Source: an archaeon
GTDB lineage: Archaea > Asgardarchaeota > Thorarchaeia > Thorarchaeales > Thorarchaeaceae
Assembly (NCBI GenBank): GCA_024275415.1
Contig: JAJRZD010000077.1
Span: forward strand, 1-32,000
DNA: 32,000 nucleotides
Direction: 5' to 3'
The position numbers and the translations under genes are program-made. Of this stretch, positions 26,380-32,000 are shown one piece after another (the stretch's first letter is position 1; each line of letters starts with the position of its first letter). The notes below the pieces were generated by a model. The model worked only from the letters and a program-made list of their open reading frames with translations. It ran no database searches and was not told where the DNA came from.

Positions 26380-26416
26380 GGTGCAGCTTCTATGCTGCAC
26401 CTCTGCTGTTCTTTTT
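26380..26416 (+). terminator. Hairpin plus T-rich tract
   Basis: GGTGCAGC-TTCTAT-GCTGCACC forms a perfect 8-bp stem, followed by TCTGCTGTTCTTTTT. Confidence 0.45.
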
Positions 26417-26785
26417 GCTCCACATTACTAGATGGGGTAATAACGAAAAAACTCATCATCGAGAGATCCCTTGCTGTTTGCCTAGCCTGATTTTACCCCA
26501 GCATTTCCTGTTATCCAGCCTATTATGTACAACAGGGCAAATCGCCAAATCAAGAGGACGAACGGCACCCGGGAACAATACAGAATGATTGAGAGTGTCC
26601 AGAGTACGATGAACAGCGGGTTGACTGCGGTTCATTATGAATGAGAAAGTCATTCATCCCTCAACTTCGGATCCTATAATTCCCAAACGAGATACCATTG
26701 ATGCCCTTACCGTTTTGAATAGGCGAAGAAATGCATCCCGCTCGGTGGTCTTAAGTACCACCGTCAGGGAACATATGTCGATATA

Positions 26786-27643
26786 ATGTGGATTCTCATC
26801 ATTGTTCTAGCCTCTATCGCGTTCATCCCAATGATCATCACAGTCTATGCATTCAAGAAGAGTGATATCCTTCCAGAGAGTCGACCGGCTACCTACCTGA
26901 GGTTGGTTTCTTCGCAGGAGATAGTTCACCCAGTGGTTCTTTTTGCAGGCGATAGTCTTACACATGGAAAGGTCGGCGTTGGCTATCTTGAACTTCTGGA
27001 GGAGAAACACAACAGACACAATATGACAATCATCAATGCAGGAATCAATGGCGATTTCGTGTGGAACCTGCTTCAGCGAATTGATGAGATTGTCGAGTGT
27101 GCTCCTGACGCCATCTTCATTCTCATCGGAACAAATGATGCCCTAGCAACTCTTCCTATACGGTTCCTAGGAATCGCACAGAGAAGGAAAGGTCTCCCTC
27201 GCCCACCTGCTTTTGAGTGGTATATTGAATCCTTACGCTCTTTGGTCAAGAACTTGATAGAGCGGACGCCATCAAAGGTCGTACTGATGTCAATCCCCCC
27301 TATTGGTGAAACATTGGACTCGAAGGCAAATGTCGTCGCTATGGAATACAGTCGAGCGATTCGCGATATCGCCATGGAGATGAATGTCGGTTTCATTCCG
27401 GTCAATGAAATGATGAATGCATATCTTGCAGAACACCCATCACATCCTGCATTCCCACTCAAAAACGCAATCAAAGGGATGTCTTTCGCATTGATACGTC
27501 ACTACATTTTTGGGAAGGATTGGGACTCGTTATCTCAAGATTCAGGTCAAGTCCTTCACATAGACCATATTCATCTGAACTCAGCAGGTGCTCGGATCAT
27601 CGCAGAACTAGTTTCATCTTATCTGTCAAAGCACTTTTTCTAG
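26786..27643 (+). CDS. SGNH/GDSL hydrolase with an N-terminal membrane anchor
   Basis: GDSLT, NAGING, LIGTND and DHIH blocks. Confidence 0.92.
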   Translation: MWILIIVLASIAFIPMIITVYAFKKSDILPESRPATYLRLVSSQEIVHPVVLFAGDSLTHGKVGVGYLELLEEKHNRHNMTIINAGINGDFVWNLLQRIDEIVECAPDAIFILIGTNDALATLPIRFLGIAQRRKGLPRPPAFEWYIESLRSLVKNLIERTPSKVVLMSIPPIGETLDSKANVVAMEYSRAIRDIAMEMNVGFIPVNEMMNAYLAEHPSHPAFPLKNAIKGMSFALIRHYIFGKDWDSLSQDSGQVLHIDHIHLNSAGARIIAELVSSYLSKHFF

Positions 27644-28198
27644 GTCTTTTCTTGCCCCCTTGAGAATCTTGCCAAGAATGACCGCTATGTTCCAAGCATC
27701 ATCAACACCGCGATGATGTATACCCTCCAATGGAATTTCAAGAATCTTCAATGCCCCACTCATCCCAATTTCTCGCTTTAGTCCATTGGAAACAGCGAAG
27801 AGAGTTTTAATGTTCAGATGCGTGTCGTTCAGCGGATATGGAATCCCCATCTCCTTGCATTGCCTTATGAACATCTTCCTGTCATAATCGCCATAACTTC
27901 CCCATATTCTCCTACCTGATGTGAACCTATTCTTGAGAATGTCACAAGCATCCGAGAAGCTGATTCCCTTGTCCACATCCTCCTGAGTCAATGTGGTAAG
28001 CTCCGTGCAGAACTTGCTAATGCGAGATCTTGTCGGTCTGACAATAATCGAATGTTTCTCCAATGGTTCAAGATTGTTCACATCAAAGGTGCAGATACCA
28101 ATCTCGATTATCTCGCTTACTTGTCCATCTGGTGTCTTACCATTCCAGCATGTGGATTCGATATCAATGACGTTTATGATATCAAGCAGTCTGACCAT
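27626..28198 (-). CDS. DEDDh 3'-5' exonuclease (ERI-1/KapD-like)
   Basis: IDIESTCW, EIIEIG, CTELTTLTQ, YGDYD and HHRGVDDA. Confidence 0.92.
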   Translation of the reverse strand: MVRLLDIINVIDIESTCWNGKTPDGQVSEIIEIGICTFDVNNLEPLEKHSIIVRPTRSRISKFCTELTTLTQEDVDKGISFSDACDILKNRFTSGRRIWGSYGDYDRKMFIRQCKEMGIPYPLNDTHLNIKTLFAVSNGLKREIGMSGALKILEIPLEGIHHRGVDDAWNIAVILGKILKGARKDLEKVL

Positions 28199-28372
28199 AA
28201 TGTTTCATTCCTAGATTATCAACCTTGATTCTTGAACGATTTTAAACATTGGTCAGTCATGACAGGAAATGCCTTTCTTTCTGTTCAAGATCATCACATT
28301 CTTCAACAGCAAAACAAGATGAAAAAAGAGGTGCACTGGAGCAAACGACTGCTCCAGTACTGATTGGTGTTA

Positions 28373-29329
28373 TTATATCCCACATTTCTTCTTCAGCAGT
28401 TCCCATTCGTGGTTGATGTCCACTTGGATCTGCTTTCTGAACTCCTCCCACTCTGGCTTGAACAGATGCTTGAACTGCCCTTGAGTCTTCCAGTATTCCT
28501 CCATTGGGGTTAGTTCTTTCAGGCGCTTGCTTGGACCTGACATGATATACTTCTCTCCATCAATCACCTCGTAGAGCGGATGGATGCCAGTTTGAACTGC
28601 TAGTCTTGAAAGCTCGATGCTTCGACCTGTTTCAGAGCGCCAACCTCGGGGACACGGCGAGTACGCATGTATGAATGCCGGACCCTCAACCTCAAGGGCC
28701 TTGCGGAACTTGGTGATGAAGTCTCTCTGGTATCCTGGTGACACTGTTGCGACATAGGGAATCTTATGGGCAGCCACTATCTCAGTCAGAGGCTTCTTCT
28801 TCTGTCTCTTGCCCGGCTCGACCTTCCCTGCCCACGATGTCGTGGTTTCTTGACCCGGCAATGTCCCTCCAGATCTCTGGATCCCAGTGTTCTGGTATGC
28901 GCCATTGTCATAGACCATGTACACTATATCATGGCCACGTTCAAGCATACCACTAAGGGAGCCGAAACCAATATCGAAGGTTCCACCATCACCGCCAATG
29001 GCGATGACATCCACATGTTCGTGGGCGTAGTTACCCTTTGCATACATGGCTTTGGTCGCCTCGATGACTCCAGAAGCCACCGCAGAAGCGTTCTCGAATG
29101 CTACATGGATCCAAGGTATCTCCCATGCGGTGTAGGGATAGATTGTTGTCGCTACCTCAAGGCATCCCGTCGCCTCACATACGATGGTAGGGCCACGAAG
29201 TGCCATGCCCATGAGCTTGACAACAGTAGGAGCTGCACATCCGGCACACATGCGGTGTCCGGCCGATAGCACTTGGTCACGCTTGAGCATTTCCTTGATA
29301 GCCACAGCTGGCTTGTCATATTCCACCAT
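28373..29329 (-). CDS. porB: Pyruvate/2-oxoisovalerate:ferredoxin oxidoreductase beta subunit
   Basis: GHRMCAGC, TGCLEV, TPP motif GGDGGTFDIG...YDN and SPCP. Confidence 0.95.
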   Translation of the reverse strand: MVEYDKPAVAIKEMLKRDQVLSAGHRMCAGCAAPTVVKLMGMALRGPTIVCEATGCLEVATTIYPYTAWEIPWIHVAFENASAVASGVIEATKAMYAKGNYAHEHVDVIAIGGDGGTFDIGFGSLSGMLERGHDIVYMVYDNGAYQNTGIQRSGGTLPGQETTTSWAGKVEPGKRQKKKPLTEIVAAHKIPYVATVSPGYQRDFITKFRKALEVEGPAFIHAYSPCPRGWRSETGRSIELSRLAVQTGIHPLYEVIDGEKYIMSGPSKRLKELTPMEEYWKTQGQFKHLFKPEWEEFRKQIQVDINHEWELLKKKCGI

Positions 29330-30534
29330 TATTTTCGCACCCCCAGTGTTTCAAAGAAGGGAGCTTTCCCTTTCTTCAAGTACTCCTTGGTCTTCTCATA
29401 CCCCTCGACAATGGTCGTGGGTGGGACATCTCTTCCTCCAAGTCCTATCACGAAGTCAGTCACCATGGGACGCTTCTCCAAGTCATAAAGTGCCGTCCTG
29501 ACTTCCATAGCTAGAGGGTTGGCGGGCGCGCCGAATGAGAGACACTTCTCAAAGACGACTACGGCTTTTGCATGCTTCACGGCTTCTGCAATTTCTTTTG
29601 CGGGGAACGGCCTGAACATGCGGAGCCTCAGGACACCGACCTTCTCCCCCTGTTCGCGCAATGCATCGACAACAGCCTTTGCTGTGCCTCCAGGACTGCT
29701 ATGGGTGAACAAGATGATGTCTGCATCCTCTGTCTTGTACGTTTCAAACATGCCGTACTTGCGCCCGGTCATCTTCTCGAACTCGGCTTCTACTTTCTTG
29801 AAGACATCTGGAACGGCATTTATCGCATCAATTTGCTGTTGTTTGAACTCGAAGTAATAGTCTGTCAAGGCAAGAGGGCCCATGGTTATAGGCTTGGTAG
29901 GATCTAGTGCAATGAATGGCACTCTCTTGCCAAGGAACTTGTGTACCGCTTCAGTAGGTAGCATCTCTACACGTTCGACATTGTGGCTCAAAATGAACCC
30001 ATCAATAGCAACTATGATTGGAAGGAGTACGTCGTGGTCTTCCGCAATCTTGAATGCCATGATAGTCGTATCGTATGCTTCCTGACCGCTCTGGCAATAG
30101 ATTTGGATGAATCCACTGTCGCGGGCACCATAAGTATCGCTCCAATCGTTGTGGATGTTGATGGGTGCTGATAGGGCACGGTTTGCGACAGTAAAGACAA
30201 TTGGCATTCTCATGCCTGAAGCGCAGTATAACACTTCCCACATAAGAGCCAAACCAGCAGATGCAGATGCAGTTGCTACACGGGCTCCCACAGCCGATGC
30301 GCCAACACATGCAGACATTGCGCTGTGCTCTGATTCAACAGGAATGACCTTGGCATCAACTTCCCCATTTGCAGCGAATTTCTGATAATCCTCCACAATG
30401 ATGGTCTGTGGCGTGATTGGGTATGCTGCCAACACATCAAGATCGCATTGTTTGAGGGCATGAGCGATTGCTGCATCGCCGGTAAGGCCTTCCACAACAA
30501 TCTGATCTTCTGGGACTCGTTCAACACTAGTCAT
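29329..30534 (-). CDS. porA: Pyruvate/2-oxoisovalerate:ferredoxin oxidoreductase alpha subunit
   Basis: AYPITPQT, ESEHSAMSAC, NRALSAPINIH and DGFILSH. Confidence 0.95.
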   Translation of the reverse strand: MTSVERVPEDQIVVEGLTGDAAIAHALKQCDLDVLAAYPITPQTIIVEDYQKFAANGEVDAKVIPVESEHSAMSACVGASAVGARVATASASAGLALMWEVLYCASGMRMPIVFTVANRALSAPINIHNDWSDTYGARDSGFIQIYCQSGQEAYDTTIMAFKIAEDHDVLLPIIVAIDGFILSHNVERVEMLPTEAVHKFLGKRVPFIALDPTKPITMGPLALTDYYFEFKQQQIDAINAVPDVFKKVEAEFEKMTGRKYGMFETYKTEDADIILFTHSSPGGTAKAVVDALREQGEKVGVLRLRMFRPFPAKEIAEAVKHAKAVVVFEKCLSFGAPANPLAMEVRTALYDLEKRPMVTDFVIGLGGRDVPPTTIVEGYEKTKEYLKKGKAPFFETLGVRK

Positions 30535-30536
30535 CC

Positions 30537-30833
30537 TTATTCGTCCTCCATGTGAATGCTATTTGTTGGACATTCGTTTGCACAGATACCACATCCCTTG
30601 CAGTAATCGTAGTCGTATTCGTAGGAGTATTTTCCATCCTTCTCTATCAGTTTCACCGAGTTGTCAGGGCAATAGATCCAGCAAAGACCACAAGTACCGT
30701 TCTTGATCCAGAGGCAGGTTTCGTCCTTGTGTATTGGCTTCTTAGCTCGCCAACCGCCAGTCAAGTATCCTTTAGAATTGCCTGGCTCCACAATGTTGCC
30801 TGCAATAGGAATCTCATCGTACTTCTTGCTCAT
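30537..30833 (-). CDS. porD: Oxidoreductase delta subunit (2x 4Fe-4S)
   Basis: TGGWRAKKP, CWIYCPD and YDYCKGCGICANECP. Confidence 0.93.
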   Translation of the reverse strand: MSKKYDEIPIAGNIVEPGNSKGYLTGGWRAKKPIHKDETCLWIKNGTCGLCWIYCPDNSVKLIEKDGKYSYEYDYDYCKGCGICANECPTNSIHMEDE

Positions 30834-31405
30834 CCGACCTTTGCCTCCTTCATTGCCCGTTCCATCGCGGTCTTGTTCAGTTCTCCGACCTTGCCAGGAT
30901 AGCGCCCAAGCACTTCGTTGATCACAGTTTCAGCGTTCACGATTCCTGTGAACTTCACGGCGGCAGCCATTGTAGGCATGTTGTAGAATGGTCTACCCAT
31001 GACCTCCATGGCGATTGTGCTTGCGTCCACAGTGACTACCTTCCCAGTATCAAAACCAAACTTCTTTCTGATATCAGTGGGCTCGTTGACGGTGTTCACA
31101 ACAAGAGTGCCTTCGGGCTTGAGACCCTCGGCAGGGTTCACGACGTCCAGGAGCGTCGGATCGATACAAACGACAACATCTGGCGCATATACCTGAGCAT
31201 AGACCTGGATGGGCTTCTTACTAATTCTTAGGAACGCGCGTACTGGCGCCCCTGTTCGCTCCGGCCCGAATTCGGGGAATGCTTGGATATAGTTACCCTC
31301 AGCGAGAGCAGCCTTTCCTAGCATCTGGTTGGATGTGACGACACCTTGTCCGCCTCTTCCATGCCACCGGAACTCCGTAATGCCTTTACTAAAGTCCAGC
31401 GTCAT
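30830..31405 (-). CDS. porG: Oxidoreductase gamma subunit
   Basis: EFRWHGRGGQG and AFPEFGPERTGAPV. ATG 31405 follows AGGTGA; the ORF is open to 31417. Confidence 0.95.
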   Translation of the reverse strand: MTLDFSKGITEFRWHGRGGQGVVTSNQMLGKAALAEGNYIQAFPEFGPERTGAPVRAFLRISKKPIQVYAQVYAPDVVVCIDPTLLDVVNPAEGLKPEGTLVVNTVNEPTDIRKKFGFDTGKVVTVDASTIAMEVMGRPFYNMPTMAAAVKFTGIVNAETVINEVLGRYPGKVGELNKTAMERAMKEAKVG

Positions 31406-31484
31406 ATCATATCTCACCTATAGGGAGAAGCTTCTGGTAATCGCGCCTTGGGGCTACTTATGAATTTGCTGGCATGGACACGTT

Positions 31485-32000
31485 CTATAGGAACCGCTTG
31501 ATGAACACAAGCACCCCTAAAACGCCGATGATGCTTACGAGCGAGGCATAAAGCACATATTCTGTACCTTCACCTTCAAACAGGTTGACGAGGACTAGAA
31601 CCTGTACCTCATCAGACGCTCTATTCCCTGCGGCATCAAAGAATACGGCAGTGTAATTATGTACTCCGAAGCTCATTTCTCTCATCTTTATCTGTAATGT
31701 ATGCTCGTACCAGTCACCGTACGACACAAACTGACCGTCTATCCACACTTGATAGAATGATAGATACTCGTCTGTCACGTTCCAATGGATGTTTCTTAAT
31801 GGATCATCAGCCTCCATATGGATATCATCGATGCCTGACACGGTCGGAGCAGAAATGTCTTGGAGGGGCATAGGATTAACAACAATAGATTCTAAGCCAA
31901 CATCGTAGTCACCGACCCCAGAATAGTCGCTCCACTGCACCGAATCCCACTTGTTTGCAAACCCATAGTCAATGACATTAAGCTCACTTGTTATGACTCC
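31485..32000 (-). CDS. C-terminal part of a membrane-anchored extracellular protein with an Ig-like domain (5' end outside window)
   Basis: The frame is open to the window edge. DISAPTV...IHWNVTDEY...YQVWIDG...GVHNYTAVFFDAAGN.ASDEV.V.V is followed by a TM helix and a basic tail KRF. Confidence 0.8.
   Translation of the reverse strand, partial: GVITSELNVIDYGFANKWDSVQWSDYSGVGDYDVGLESIVVNPMPLQDISAPTVSGIDDIHMEADDPLRNIHWNVTDEYLSFYQVWIDGQFVSYGDWYEHTLQIKMREMSFGVHNYTAVFFDAAGNRASDEVQVLVLVNLFEGEGTEYVLYASLVSIIGVLGVLVFIKRFL

Noticed and set aside
26470-26653. Hydrophobic minus-strand frame fragment (NPLFIVLWTLSIILY...) and the 65-aa ORF
   Set aside because: The hydrophobic frame has no start codon and no recognisable family. 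It may be a decayed membrane gene, but this cannot be supported from sequence alone.
1-32000. tRNA, rRNA or CRISPR arrays
   Set aside because: I found no cloverleaf, rRNA-like tract or regularly spaced repeats by eye; a tRNAscan-SE or CRISPR finder run would be needed to exclude them formally.

Overview
A gene-dense archaeal window that looks Asgard-like, most consistent with Thorarchaeota. This is inferred from gene content: longin-like, gelsolin-like, Vps62-like and V4R proteins, three roadblock proteins, and Rab-like and MglA-like GTPases. Housekeeping content: an ABC-2 exporter, an EamA transporter, nadB, trpB2, galT-galK, a GNAT, a GDPD, an SGNH hydrolase, a DEDDh exonuclease and a porGDAB operon. 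The most striking structure is a 2119-bp insertion that splits galT and whose removal restores the reading frame exactly. It consists of an intact IS607 element (serine TnpA plus TnpB) followed by about 258 bp of GC-richer passenger DNA beyond the apparent right end. The passenger holds a truncated acidic gene, a palindromic TATA box and an 83-nt strand-specific hairpin that ends exactly at the insertion junction, and it also supplies the predicted TnpB guide. Other highlights are a wHTH-roadblock-GTPase-roadblock-roadblock-wHTH signalling cassette next to a stand-alone V4R sensor, an ABC ATPase with tandem TrmB-like sugar-binding barrels, a longin/restriction-endonuclease-fold fusion, a structured trpB2 leader and an unannotated 44-aa four-Cys protein. 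All family assignments come from motif recognition by eye; no searches were run.
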